From: a virus
Lineage: Duplodnaviria > Caudoviricetes
Direction: 5' to 3' (one strand)
Virus record (IMG/VR): IMGVR_UViG_3300030330_000419
Span: 1 to 31,878 of that record
Length of the DNA stretch: 31,878 nt
Under the pieces are notes generated by a model. It was not told the DNA's origin. It saw nothing but the letters and a program-made list of their open reading frames with translations, and made no database searches. Below, in pieces: positions 16,257 through 25,765 of the stretch (its first letter is position 1; each line of letters opens with the position of its first letter). A program made the translations under genes and the position numbers.

Positions 16257-16591
16257 AAAAACAAGAATATAAAAGTCAAATACAAACCAAGAGGATGCGA
16301 TATAGCAAAGAGTGCTTGAGTCTTATAGACCTTGCAATCAAAGAGATAAATGCATCTAGGTCAATCCAGTTAACAGATACAGATGTACACGCTTTTCTAT
16401 CAGAGATAGATGGATGTGATACAGATATGATAATCATGTCCTTAAACAATTACTTGAAGTCTAATGCACCCAGAGAAGGTAAGGGTCTAAGATACTTATC
16501 TGCGATAGTAACAAACAACAATTCAAGTAAAGCTGTAAGAAAAAGAAACGAGTATCTGACTATGGATAGAATACCACCAAGGGTAGATTAG
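16202..16591 (+). CDS. Hypothetical protein upstream of helicase (possible loader/initiator-like)
   Basis: CPTC at N-terminus, GKGLRYLSAIV helix; adjacent to DnaB. Confidence 0.6.
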   Translation: MSNMPSRKEKCPTCGSTVKKQEYKSQIQTKRMRYSKECLSLIDLAIKEINASRSIQLTDTDVHAFLSEIDGCDTDMIIMSLNNYLKSNAPREGKGLRYLSAIVTNNNSSKAVRKRNEYLTMDRIPPRVD

Positions 16592-16598
16592 AGGTTAT

Positions 16599-17987
16599 AT
16601 GCACAATATAGAAGCAGAAAGATCATTGCTTTCTACAATGATGTTAGACCCATCTGTTATTGATGTGGTCAGAAGATGGATAGAAGAAGACAATGTATTC
16701 TATGATAGATTTAATAAAGATATATGGAGAACCATATCAAGGCTAAAAGATAAGAACGAATCCATAGATATGATATCTGTTGTACATAACTTTCCTAAAA
16801 AAGATTATAAAGACAGAGAGATAGCGTATGAGATATCTGGTATAGCTACTAGCGAAGCTACTACTAGCAATGCAGAGAGCTATGCAAGAATGGTTCATGA
16901 ACACTACCTAAGGAGAAAGATGGTAGAGCATTCTCATAGATTAATCAAGAATGCTGAGGACAATCACAAAGATATAGACTCTCTTATCAATGATGTTAAC
17001 TTAGATTCATCTAACCTTATAAACCTTAGACCATCTAAGAATGATTTTAACATAGATAAAACTCTAGAAGAAACCAACGACTCTATATTTAATAGTAGAG
17101 GTATAATAAAAACTGGTCTAGACAAACTAGATTCAGTAGTGCATGGCATGACTAGAGGAGAGATAACTATCGTAGCAGGTAGACCAGCTAATGGTAAGAC
17201 TACTGTGGCTGCAAACATAGCTAGACAATTAGTATTGTCTGGTAAGAGAGTAGTTATGTTTAATCGTGAGATGCCTAACGTAGAGATGATGAAAAAGTTT
17301 ATAGCTATGGAGTCAGATACTATTTCTTACAGAGGTTTGAGGAGTGGTGCTAAGTCTGTAAAGCCAGAGGTAGATAAAGCTATAGAATATATTAGAAATA
17401 ACTATAAAGATAAATTATTTATGTATGACTCAGTAAGAGATATGCATGACACATTTAGCGAGATAACAAGAATAAAACCAGACGTTGTTATTGATGACCA
17501 TATTGGGTTGATTGAATACCCATCAAATGACAATCGTGATTTAAGACATAAGATTCGTGATACAACTATGCGTTACAAATGGCTTGCAAAAGGCAACGAC
17601 ATGTGCGTAATTTTAGTATCACAATTAAACAGAAACATTGAACATAGGATCGATTCAACACCAAGACTATCAGACCTTGCAGAGTCTGGCTCTCTTGAGC
17701 AAGATGCAGAGATGGTAGTGTTTACACACTATCCTTATGTATCAAGATATGGTGCAGAGGATTCCAATGGTAGAATATGGATGCCAAACGAGATAATGCT
17801 TATTGTTTCTAAGAATAGATATGGTACTCCAGGTTCTGTAGAGCTAGGATATTCTGGAGATAGTTGCAAGCTATTCAATGATATAAAGGAAGCGACTATA
17901 CATGAGAAGAATAAAAACTCAATAGAGTTAGAAGGACAGATAAGAATTGAAGAAAATAATAGTCAAGTCAATACTAGATCATTATAA
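16599..17987 (+). CDS. dnaB: Replicative DnaB-like helicase
   Basis: HNIEAERSLL N-domain, Walker A GRPANGKT, REMP, IDDHIGLI, SQLNR, DLAESGSLEQDA, KNRYG. Confidence 0.95.
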   Translation: MHNIEAERSLLSTMMLDPSVIDVVRRWIEEDNVFYDRFNKDIWRTISRLKDKNESIDMISVVHNFPKKDYKDREIAYEISGIATSEATTSNAESYARMVHEHYLRRKMVEHSHRLIKNAEDNHKDIDSLINDVNLDSSNLINLRPSKNDFNIDKTLEETNDSIFNSRGIIKTGLDKLDSVVHGMTRGEITIVAGRPANGKTTVAANIARQLVLSGKRVVMFNREMPNVEMMKKFIAMESDTISYRGLRSGAKSVKPEVDKAIEYIRNNYKDKLFMYDSVRDMHDTFSEITRIKPDVVIDDHIGLIEYPSNDNRDLRHKIRDTTMRYKWLAKGNDMCVILVSQLNRNIEHRIDSTPRLSDLAESGSLEQDAEMVVFTHYPYVSRYGAEDSNGRIWMPNEIMLIVSKNRYGTPGSVELGYSGDSCKLFNDIKEATIHEKNKNSIELEGQIRIEENNSQVNTRSL

Positions 17988-18336
17988 CTTACATCCAGTT
18001 ATTATATTGGATAAAGATTTAGATGTAAAAGCAAAATACATACCAGAAGAAGATAAAGTAATTATCAAAGATATACCACCAGAAAAAACCAATCCAAAAG
18101 ATATGTTTATTACTGTTTTACACGAAGCAAAACATATGTTAGATGCTAGGAATCTAGGTATTAGCAAATTTCTTAAAAAGTATGCACAAGCTGGTACAGT
18201 AGCTGTGTACTGTGATAAAGACTATCATGATGATAACAGGTGGGAGATTAGAGCAGAGAAGTGGGCACACAAAGAATACAATGGGTATTGGTCTGAAGAT
18301 AGAGAAGAAACTAGAGGGGCAAAGTTTTTAAGCTAA
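17947..18336 (+). CDS. HExxH zincin-like protein
   Basis: VLHEAKH plus downstream WEIRA third ligand; TTG start with SD AAGGA. Confidence 0.75.
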   Translation: MKKIIVKSILDHYNLHPVIILDKDLDVKAKYIPEEDKVIIKDIPPEKTNPKDMFITVLHEAKHMLDARNLGISKFLKKYAQAGTVAVYCDKDYHDDNRWEIRAEKWAHKEYNGYWSEDREETRGAKFLS

Positions 18337-18416
18337 ACCCCTCTAGCCTAGGAGGGAGAGAGAGAAAAGTTTTTCCTTATAGAGTGCAGTCATATTGCCT
18401 CTTTACTTGTGCAGAG

Positions 18417-18454
18417 AAAGAGGGTGTAGTAGTCGAGCTATGCCCTCTTTTTAT
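18417..18454 (+). terminator. Intrinsic terminator at convergence of replication and late operons
   Basis: aaagagggtgtag-tagtcgag-ctatgccctcttt-ttat; two G-U pairs on the plus-strand RNA. Confidence 0.8.
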
Positions 18455-18988
18455 TTACATAGACTTTCTACTCTTAGGAACAGCATCGCTATCTTGTATT
18501 ATTCTAAAGAAGTTATTTAAGTCTTCAGTAGCACTAGGATCACCTATTTGAAATCTAGGTCTAACTGTAACTAAATATTTTACTAAATCATTTACATTCT
18601 TTATATCAGAGCTCTGTCCAACCATTCTAGACAAGTCATCTGTTGATACTTGAGTTGGAGTATCTACATTTGTTTTATCCATCTGAGCCTTAGATAATGT
18701 TTGAGAAAGATCAGCTTCTTTTATTATATCATCTATAGATTTAGAGCTTGCGTCTTTGCTTAATTTAAATCTACCCATCATGCTAGAAAACTGACTTTGT
18801 ATAGGAGAGTTAGGTTTTGCCATTCCTCTTATAATCTCTTGTATGTCAACATTCTCTGGTACACTAACTCCAGGATTCATGCTTGGACTAGTTAAAAATA
18901 AAACCTCTCTACCCATAGGAGTTTTAGAAAGTGCACCTTGTCCTTGAGTTAAAGAATCTATTAGTTTAAATAATTGTTCGTTGTTCAT
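18455..18988 (-). CDS. Hypothetical protein, last gene of late operon
   Basis: 177 aa ORF 4 nt after previous stop. Confidence 0.75.
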   Translation of the reverse strand: MNNEQLFKLIDSLTQGQGALSKTPMGREVLFLTSPSMNPGVSVPENVDIQEIIRGMAKPNSPIQSQFSSMMGRFKLSKDASSKSIDDIIKEADLSQTLSKAQMDKTNVDTPTQVSTDDLSRMVGQSSDIKNVNDLVKYLVTVRPRFQIGDPSATEDLNNFFRIIQDSDAVPKSRKSM

Positions 18989-18992
18989 AATA

Positions 18993-19316
18993 TTACCATT
19001 TTACTTTATCTGCCCACCAAGCTGCAGACATTTTACCTCTTGCTATATTCTTTCTATGTCTAGCTTTAAATGACTTTCTTTTGGCTTTCATTCTAGCAGA
19101 CTCACCTTTCTTTGGTTTACCAGCAGTACCAGATAGAGTTCCTACCTTTTTACCTTGCTGACCAAAGCGTATTAATTTAACCTTACTTCCCTCTTTTGCA
19201 ACCACAACATGAGACTTTGTAGGATGGCCAGGGGTTCTCTTAGGTTTATTGTAACCAGAGACACCAGCCTTAGCCAGTCTCGGATCTTTCTTCTTTCCTC
19301 TCTTTTTGGTAGCCAT
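18993..19316 (-). CDS. Small basic protein
   Basis: K/R-rich; KSHVVVAK...KLIRFGQQG...RKSFKARH...AAWWADKVKW. Confidence 0.85.
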   Translation of the reverse strand: MATKKRGKKKDPRLAKAGVSGYNKPKRTPGHPTKSHVVVAKEGSKVKLIRFGQQGKKVGTLSGTAGKPKKGESARMKAKRKSFKARHRKNIARGKMSAAWWADKVKW

Positions 19317-19477
19317 TACTTCTTCTTCTTTTTTCTGGCTTTAGACTTTAATATCATTTGTTGAAGTTTCTTTGGCAATGTCTTTTGCTTTGCAGTTAGA
19401 CCATTCATTTTCTTACCATTCATTTTCTTTTTTGGTCTACCAACTTTTTTACCATAAGTTCCTTTTCCTTTAGGCAT
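19316..19477 (-). CDS. Small basic protein (53 aa)
   Basis: SD AAGGAG; MPKGKGTYGKKVGRPKKKMNG...ARKKKKK; 22 K/R and no D/E; TAATG coupling to the next gene. Confidence 0.8.
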   Translation of the reverse strand: MPKGKGTYGKKVGRPKKKMNGKKMNGLTAKQKTLPKKLQQMILKSKARKKKKK

Positions 19478-19478
19478 A

Positions 19479-19796
19479 CTATCTCCTTTTCTTTGCTTTA
19501 GATTTTTTTTTATTCATTCTTCTAATAGCATCTTTACCAGCCTTAGCTATCTTAGCTTGTTGTGGTTTTTTAGCTACCTTAGCCCTCTGCTCTAGCACAG
19601 TTAGTATCTGTATCTTTCTAGCAAAAGGCTTTCTTATCTTCTTAACTTTAGCTACAGTTGCTCTAGCATCTGCAGGCGTAGCAAATTTTATTCTCACTGT
19701 ATCTTTAGGGTTCTCATCTGTATATAATCTTCTACCAGAACCTTTAGGCTTTTTACCAGTCCCTACCTTTGGGTCTCTCTTCTTCCTTTTCTTCAT
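19479..19796 (-). CDS. Small basic protein
   Basis: DPKVGTGKKPKGSGRRLYTDENPKDTV; ATGA coupling. Confidence 0.85.
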   Translation of the reverse strand: MKKRKKRDPKVGTGKKPKGSGRRLYTDENPKDTVRIKFATPADARATVAKVKKIRKPFARKIQILTVLEQRAKVAKKPQQAKIAKAGKDAIRRMNKKKSKAKKRR

Positions 19797-20110
19797 TTCT
19801 TTTTACGCCTTGTAGTAGTCTTCTTTTTCTTCTTACCACCTCTGATCAAATCAGCATCAGCTTTTCTAGCACCACCTTTGCCAGTAGCAAAGCTTCTTAC
19901 TCTACCTGCAGCCCATTGATGAGCAGATACTCCAGGTCTACTACCACTGGAATAGAACGCCCCCAACCCTCTCGAGTACACCTTAGACAAGGTTGATTTA
20001 GATATACCAGAACTCTTAGAGTACTTTGCTAGTACTGCAGCTTTACTGCCTCCAGTAGATTTTTTCTTAGGACTTGCTTTTTTTCTTACGCTTTTTTTTC
20101 TTGTTGCCAC
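19793..20110 (-). CDS. Small basic protein (DUF5824-like motif)
   Basis: KVYSRGLGAFYSSGSRPGVSAHQWAAGRVRSF; GTG start with SD GAGG. Confidence 0.8.
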   Translation of the reverse strand: MATRKKSVRKKASPKKKSTGGSKAAVLAKYSKSSGISKSTLSKVYSRGLGAFYSSGSRPGVSAHQWAAGRVRSFATGKGGARKADADLIRGGKKKKKTTTRRKKK

Positions 20111-20291
20111 TATTCTTCCTCACTTCCGATATAGCATCCATCATAGCTGGAGTTAGCTTTCCCTCTCTGTAAAGCCTTCTTGTTCTCATTATCTCAGCCT
20201 CACTAGCAGATGGATTCTTAGAGCCTCTCACATATTTAAGTGGAGTTCCTCTTTTTGTTTTACGTACTTTTTTAAATTTTCTTTTTGGCAT
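20067..20291 (-). CDS. Small basic protein
   Basis: MPKRKFKKVRKTKRGTPLKYVRG...; overlaps next gene by 44 nt. Confidence 0.75.
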   Translation of the reverse strand: MPKRKFKKVRKTKRGTPLKYVRGSKNPSASEAEIMRTRRLYREGKLTPAMMDAISEVRKNSGNKKKKRKKKSKS

Positions 20292-20300
20292 AAAACTAAA

Positions 20301-20480
20301 TTACTTTCCTACCATTTTTTTAGCTTTGTTATGAGATTGTTTAAAGGTTTTACCTTTTCTCATTTCAGATGCCATTAAATTTAAATGTTTTTTAGTGTGA
20401 TGAACTTTATGCTTTTGCATTTGTTTTTTTTGCATAGAAGTTAATCCCTTTAAATTAACATTTTTTAAATTTGTAGCCAT
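20301..20480 (-). CDS. Small basic His-rich protein (59 aa)
   Basis: MATNLKNVNLKGLTSMQKKQMQKHKVHHTKKHLNLMASEMRKGKTFKQSHNKAKKMVGK; starts 1 nt after the stop of the 1218 aa gene. Confidence 0.8.
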   Translation of the reverse strand: MATNLKNVNLKGLTSMQKKQMQKHKVHHTKKHLNLMASEMRKGKTFKQSHNKAKKMVGK

Positions 20481-20481
20481 A

Positions 20482-23400
20482 TTATCTTCCTAACTTTATA
20501 TTTTCTTGATTTATTCTTATTTGTTTATTTAATACTTTTCTATAGATAGTTTTTGGACTTATGTCATCATATGAAAGAGCATTTGTAGGAAATTTTTCAT
20601 TCCATTTTCTAAGATTAGATAATGCTTTGTCAGTATCTCCTTTTATCATTAAATCTAATATATTACTTTTTACTCTTGACTTTCTAGATTTTTGAGTAGC
20701 TCTTTTTTGACCCTCAGTAGCAAGAATATTTTCAGCAACTCTTCTAGGAACAGAACCTAGTATTGGAGATGCTTTATATAAAGCTCTTCTGAATGGTGTT
20801 TGAGTCATACCAAATGTGTCAACGCTTCTTTGAAACTCTTCTAATGCCTTAAATCCATTTGTTAAATCGCTTAAAAATACTGGTGTAACAGCAAACTTTA
20901 AGTTACCAACAGAATCTTCTATGTCTATAAAATCTGTTAACATACCAAAAGCACCAACAGCAGACAGATTCTCTATAAACTCATCAAATGTAGGATCTTT
21001 TTCGTTATAAACTGGTCTACCAGAAAAGAACTCAAACATACTATTTTTTGCAAATTGTATAAAAGAACCACCTGCCATACCAGCTAGTCCAAGTCTTAAA
21101 AATATCAAGGGGTTCCCCATCTTCATTTCTGCTTTTATACTATCTTTTATAAATCTAGCTTGGTTATATCCAAAGCTTTTGAACATAACTAATGGTCTTG
21201 TTTTCGGATTGCTAAACCAATTAGGCTCTCTAAGAAAGTCTCTTTGTAGCTGAGATTTTCTCGCATAGTTTGACATACCTGATACTACTTGAGATTCAGT
21301 AGGCAGTTTGTTTTTATCAAGACTTATGTTAAAATAAGTTTTTAGTTTTTGTACTGCTTGCTTACCTCTTATACTATTTGGATTGTTCCTTGCTATTCTA
21401 ACAAAATCATCTATAGCTGTCTTTGCTACAGATGCTGCTAGTAAGTTATTAAATTTATTTATAGGATTAAATCCACTATACTTAGCAAAAAGCTCAGCGT
21501 ATCTTCTCATGACAGTTCCAGTACCAGTTTCTCCTAAAAGCTCTTTGACTAACTCAACTTGTGGAACTGTTAACTTTTTTCTATACTCTGGATCAAGAAG
21601 TTTAACAAAACCTCTTACTGTTCTAAACATTCCTAGCTGAGGCATAATAGATATTAAAGGCTGACCTATGTTAGCAATAGTAGCAGTACCTAAAGATATT
21701 TTAGATATAGTTTCAAAAGCCATTAAGTTTTGAATATACTTTCTTGTTCTAGGAGCAAAGTTTTTACTTACATCATTTTCAACTGCACCAGTAAGTTTTG
21801 CTATACCATCTGTCAATAAAGCTGCTTCTCTACCTGCTGTGGCTTGCAACTGAACAACAGAATTATTTATAACCTCATTGTTTCTGCCAAATATCTTAGC
21901 AGTTTCTACCCTTCTTGCTAATCTGTGATCATACACAGCAACCAAAGTAAAAGGGTCTAGCTCTAAGAATGGAGCAAGTCTTTCAAAGTTATCTTTTGTT
22001 ATTTTTAACTTTCTTGTTTTTTCTACAAAGTTCATTGGTGCTATAGTGTTAGCAGTAATACCTTCAGTAACAAGTTCATAGGCATCTCGCATACTAATAC
22101 CATATGCATCTTTTACAGCAATAATAAAGTCTTTAGAAGATTGTTTCATGTCTCCAGCAAGAACCCTTCTTTTAATAAAGCTAGCAAAAGCAGCTTCAAC
22201 CTCTGTCCCTCTTAGTGTTTCGTCAAAAGCTCTTCCAAACCTTTCGTTAATAGAAACATAGTCATCAAATAGTGCATTCATAACTTTAGGTTTGTACATT
22301 ATAGGTAAATATTTTTTTATCTCTCCAGCTCTAACTATGTTTCCAGTACCAGCATAGCTATAAGTTTCTTTTGCCCAGTTTTGCAACCATTGAACAATAT
22401 CTTTGTTTTCAGGGGTAACTTCTTTTATTCCTAAAACTTCTGCATATACATCTTTATTTCTTGAATCATTGCCTTTTATTGCTTTTAATGGCGAGTTGTT
22501 TAGATTGGTTAACTGAGAAGATTCTCTTTCTACAATATTGTTTCTAGCATTAGCCATAAGCTTAGCTACATTTTGAGCTCTAGGATTTTTAAATGACTTT
22601 TGGTAAGACTTAAAGTATCTAGCTATGTTCTCTCCAAAAACATGATCGAATAAATCTTTTTGTGGTATCTCATTAGAATACTCTACAAATTGTTTATAAA
22701 TTGTGTTTCTCTCTACCCTTTTAAATAATCTCTCATTTACTTCTTTAAGCTGACCATCGCCTACTTTTGAAAGCTCAATATTATTAAACTCAGCTAAGAA
22801 AGCGTCATCATCTAATTCTAGCTTGTTTTTTAATTTTAATGACAAACTTTCTGCATTTATTCTAACCAAAGGATTTCTATTGTATACAGAAAAGAACTCT
22901 TTTGATGTGATGTTTCTTGATTTAGTTCCACCCTCTTCTATAATCTTAAAACCTTTTACCTCTTTAAAAGCATTTGTTTTTTTACCAGTTGATTTTTGTA
23001 ATGCATCTGTGTATAATTTATCTATCTGTTTCTTTGTTGGAGCTAACTCTGCTGTTCTCATACTAGCTCTCAAACCAGAAACAACTTGATTGTATAGTTT
23101 TTGATTGGTAGGAACTTTTACTCTTATATCATCAGATATCCTTACCTCTGGTATGTATGTTCCTTTTATATTCTCTTTTAAACCCCATGTTTCGCTAAAA
23201 GATTGAGCTAGAGATCGTTGTGTAGCATAGTCTTCAGCTAGGTTTATTAAGTCATTTTTATCTGCAGAAGATAGTTTGTTTGTAGGGTCAAACTCTTTGT
23301 TAGAGTATCTCTGTCTAATCTTAGAAAACTCATCTCTTAAAAAACCAGGAGCCTTTTGTGCAGTTCTAATACCAAGAACAGTTCCTAATCCAGTAAGATA

Positions 23401-24138
23401 GTCTTGTGGGTCTGGAGACCTACCACTTAATATAGGTTCAGCAGTACTAAAACCTATAGCTTCTTGAGTTAAAGCTGCTGTTGTAGAAGAACCTCTTGCA
23501 ACTGCTCTACCAAACAAAGCACCTCCTACTGCACCAGATAAACCAGCTTTAGATGCATCTGTTAAAGATTTAGTCCAATCAATATCATTGGTTTCTATTT
23601 GCTGTTTTAGTGCTGAGTTTAGACCAGTATAAGTTCCAATAGCACCAGCTTGAATAGAAGCACCAGATAAAAGTTTTTTAGCTCCCTCTTCTATTACTTT
23701 ATCGCTAAGCTCTTTGTTCAAACCAAAGTTTACCATTCTCTTAGCACCCATGTTCATAGCTCTTTTTAAACCAGACTTTGCAGCACCTCTTGTAGCAAGA
23801 CTGCCAACTCCTCCACCAGCTACTGTAGCAACCAAATCAGCAGGCATCATAAAGCCAACAATAGCAGAACCTATATCAGATAGTATACTACCATCATAAC
23901 CAGAAATATCAAATCTATCTTGACCAGACACAACTCTTTCTGCCATACCAGTGATAGATTCATTATATCCTTTTTTAATCCAGTTTGGCAGCCATTTATC
24001 TAAATAGCTATTATCTAGCTTTGGAATATAATCTGATCCAGTTGTATCTTTATAAAGCTCTTCAAACGTAAATTGCTTATTAGGCTTTGGACTAGAATCA
24101 ACAGAACCAGCTAATTCTTCGTAAGTAAAACTAGCCAT
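20482..24138 (-). CDS. Large internal virion / DNA-ejection-type protein
   Basis: 1218 aa, helical, Gly/Ala-rich hydrophobic segments; largest and last of the set following the nozzle-like gene, as in podoviruses. Confidence 0.65.
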   Translation of the reverse strand: MASFTYEELAGSVDSSPKPNKQFTFEELYKDTTGSDYIPKLDNSYLDKWLPNWIKKGYNESITGMAERVVSGQDRFDISGYDGSILSDIGSAIVGFMMPADLVATVAGGGVGSLATRGAAKSGLKRAMNMGAKRMVNFGLNKELSDKVIEEGAKKLLSGASIQAGAIGTYTGLNSALKQQIETNDIDWTKSLTDASKAGLSGAVGGALFGRAVARGSSTTAALTQEAIGFSTAEPILSGRSPDPQDYLTGLGTVLGIRTAQKAPGFLRDEFSKIRQRYSNKEFDPTNKLSSADKNDLINLAEDYATQRSLAQSFSETWGLKENIKGTYIPEVRISDDIRVKVPTNQKLYNQVVSGLRASMRTAELAPTKKQIDKLYTDALQKSTGKKTNAFKEVKGFKIIEEGGTKSRNITSKEFFSVYNRNPLVRINAESLSLKLKNKLELDDDAFLAEFNNIELSKVGDGQLKEVNERLFKRVERNTIYKQFVEYSNEIPQKDLFDHVFGENIARYFKSYQKSFKNPRAQNVAKLMANARNNIVERESSQLTNLNNSPLKAIKGNDSRNKDVYAEVLGIKEVTPENKDIVQWLQNWAKETYSYAGTGNIVRAGEIKKYLPIMYKPKVMNALFDDYVSINERFGRAFDETLRGTEVEAAFASFIKRRVLAGDMKQSSKDFIIAVKDAYGISMRDAYELVTEGITANTIAPMNFVEKTRKLKITKDNFERLAPFLELDPFTLVAVYDHRLARRVETAKIFGRNNEVINNSVVQLQATAGREAALLTDGIAKLTGAVENDVSKNFAPRTRKYIQNLMAFETISKISLGTATIANIGQPLISIMPQLGMFRTVRGFVKLLDPEYRKKLTVPQVELVKELLGETGTGTVMRRYAELFAKYSGFNPINKFNNLLAASVAKTAIDDFVRIARNNPNSIRGKQAVQKLKTYFNISLDKNKLPTESQVVSGMSNYARKSQLQRDFLREPNWFSNPKTRPLVMFKSFGYNQARFIKDSIKAEMKMGNPLIFLRLGLAGMAGGSFIQFAKNSMFEFFSGRPVYNEKDPTFDEFIENLSAVGAFGMLTDFIDIEDSVGNLKFAVTPVFLSDLTNGFKALEEFQRSVDTFGMTQTPFRRALYKASPILGSVPRRVAENILATEGQKRATQKSRKSRVKSNILDLMIKGDTDKALSNLRKWNEKFPTNALSYDDISPKTIYRKVLNKQIRINQENIKLGR

Positions 24139-24139
24139 A

Positions 24140-25756
24140 TTAAAGTTCTATTTGATTTAATAGATTTACAGTATCTTCGTTAAATATATTTCTTCCACCA
24201 GTTATTCTAAAAGGCTCAAACCCAGGAGCTGGTATACCAGTAAACATAGGTTTTTTCTGAGTATCTTTCATTCTTTGTAAAAACTTTTTTAATCTAGCTT
24301 TAACTCTAGCACTAGTGCCTTCATTTAAATACGCTTCATAAGCATTTGATATTAAATTTTGCAGTTCTAAATTTTTTAAGTTTCTTTTTTCTTGATACTC
24401 TTCTTCGCTTTCTCTACCTGCAACAGCTAACCTCCTGCTCTTTGTTAAGTCTTTTATAGCTACATCTGAGTTATCTTCTACAACTTTAACTGCTTGGACT
24501 TGTTCTTTAGGAGAGCCACCCAATGTTAAGACACCACCCTCTCCAGTTCCAAATTGTTGTTCTACCCTAGGAGCTGTCCTTAACAAATCTCTTACATCTC
24601 TAGCTGGGATTCCAGTTGGGTTTGGAGAAGTGCCAGCTAATCTTTGAATAGCAGTTAAGTCTGGTCTATCACTAGCTTCTGGAGGAACCCTATACTCTTC
24701 AAACTTTCCTTCATCATTTTTAAAAAATAATTCACGATTATTTGTATCTGGATTTGTTCTAAAAACAAAACCACCTGGAGGTATAGTTTCTCCTATATTC
24801 TCTCCCTTTTTTATTTCTACTGCAGTTTCTGGAGTTGTTCCAAAGTTTGCAGAAGCAACTATATCATTATCAGATTCTTCTTTAACATCTATATTAGTAT
24901 TATATGATGGAGTATTTTGTATAAAGGTTTGTAATCTGTCATATAAATTATTAACATTACCCTCTACTGCTTCAATTTGTGAGATAGCATTTTGCTGATC
25001 TTGTTTGCTTCCTCCTATTGTTAATAATTGTTGATAGTTGTCTCTAAGATTTTTAAGTCTTGTTTGTTCAGCACCATAAATATTTATTAAGTTAGCTAGA
25101 CTTCTGGCTTTCCGAGCATCTTCCATACTTAACTTTTGTTGTAAATAATTAAAAATAAGATCGTTAGAACCTTCTTGCATACCCTTAGTGTTAATTTGTC
25201 TTTCAAAAAATGATTGCAAAGATGGGTCAAACTCAAGAGACTTTACAAAGGCTTGATTGCTTTTTATTTCTGACTCTGCTTTTTTAGCAATAGATGCAAA
25301 TCCTCTGTCAAAAGCAGAATTATTAAAAATATTGCCAGAAATAATATTGTTACCCTCGTCTCTTTGAGCCATATTAACAATAGATTTAAGATCTTTTCCG
25401 CTAGTTAATTCTTCATACAATATTTTATCGTCTTCTCTTGAAACAGACTCAAGATATCTTTTTTTCTCTTCAATCCTAGCCTCTTCTCTGTCTTGTTCTT
25501 CCTTAAAAGCTTGTTGTCTCATAAATGAATTTTGCTTGTCTTGCTCCATCATTTGTCTATTAAATCTATCTTCAGCAATTTGTTCTTGCCTTAACATATT
25601 TTGTTGCTGTCTTTCTATATCATCCATCCTATCTTGCCTAGCTTGATCTCTAACTTGTTCTCTTTCTTGCCTAGCAAGTTGAGATTCTAAAAATCTAGGG
25701 ATAGTAACATCCAACAATCTATTTAAAGGTGATTCAAATGTAAATCCATTAGCCAT
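24140..25756 (-). CDS. Putative internal virion/ejection protein
   Basis: 538 aa, N-terminal Q/E/R coiled coil; SD AGGAG; position. Confidence 0.55.
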   Translation of the reverse strand: MANGFTFESPLNRLLDVTIPRFLESQLARQEREQVRDQARQDRMDDIERQQQNMLRQEQIAEDRFNRQMMEQDKQNSFMRQQAFKEEQDREEARIEEKKRYLESVSREDDKILYEELTSGKDLKSIVNMAQRDEGNNIISGNIFNNSAFDRGFASIAKKAESEIKSNQAFVKSLEFDPSLQSFFERQINTKGMQEGSNDLIFNYLQQKLSMEDARKARSLANLINIYGAEQTRLKNLRDNYQQLLTIGGSKQDQQNAISQIEAVEGNVNNLYDRLQTFIQNTPSYNTNIDVKEESDNDIVASANFGTTPETAVEIKKGENIGETIPPGGFVFRTNPDTNNRELFFKNDEGKFEEYRVPPEASDRPDLTAIQRLAGTSPNPTGIPARDVRDLLRTAPRVEQQFGTGEGGVLTLGGSPKEQVQAVKVVEDNSDVAIKDLTKSRRLAVAGRESEEEYQEKRNLKNLELQNLISNAYEAYLNEGTSARVKARLKKFLQRMKDTQKKPMFTGIPAPGFEPFRITGGRNIFNEDTVNLLNQIEL

Positions 25757-25765
25757 GTTTATCTC

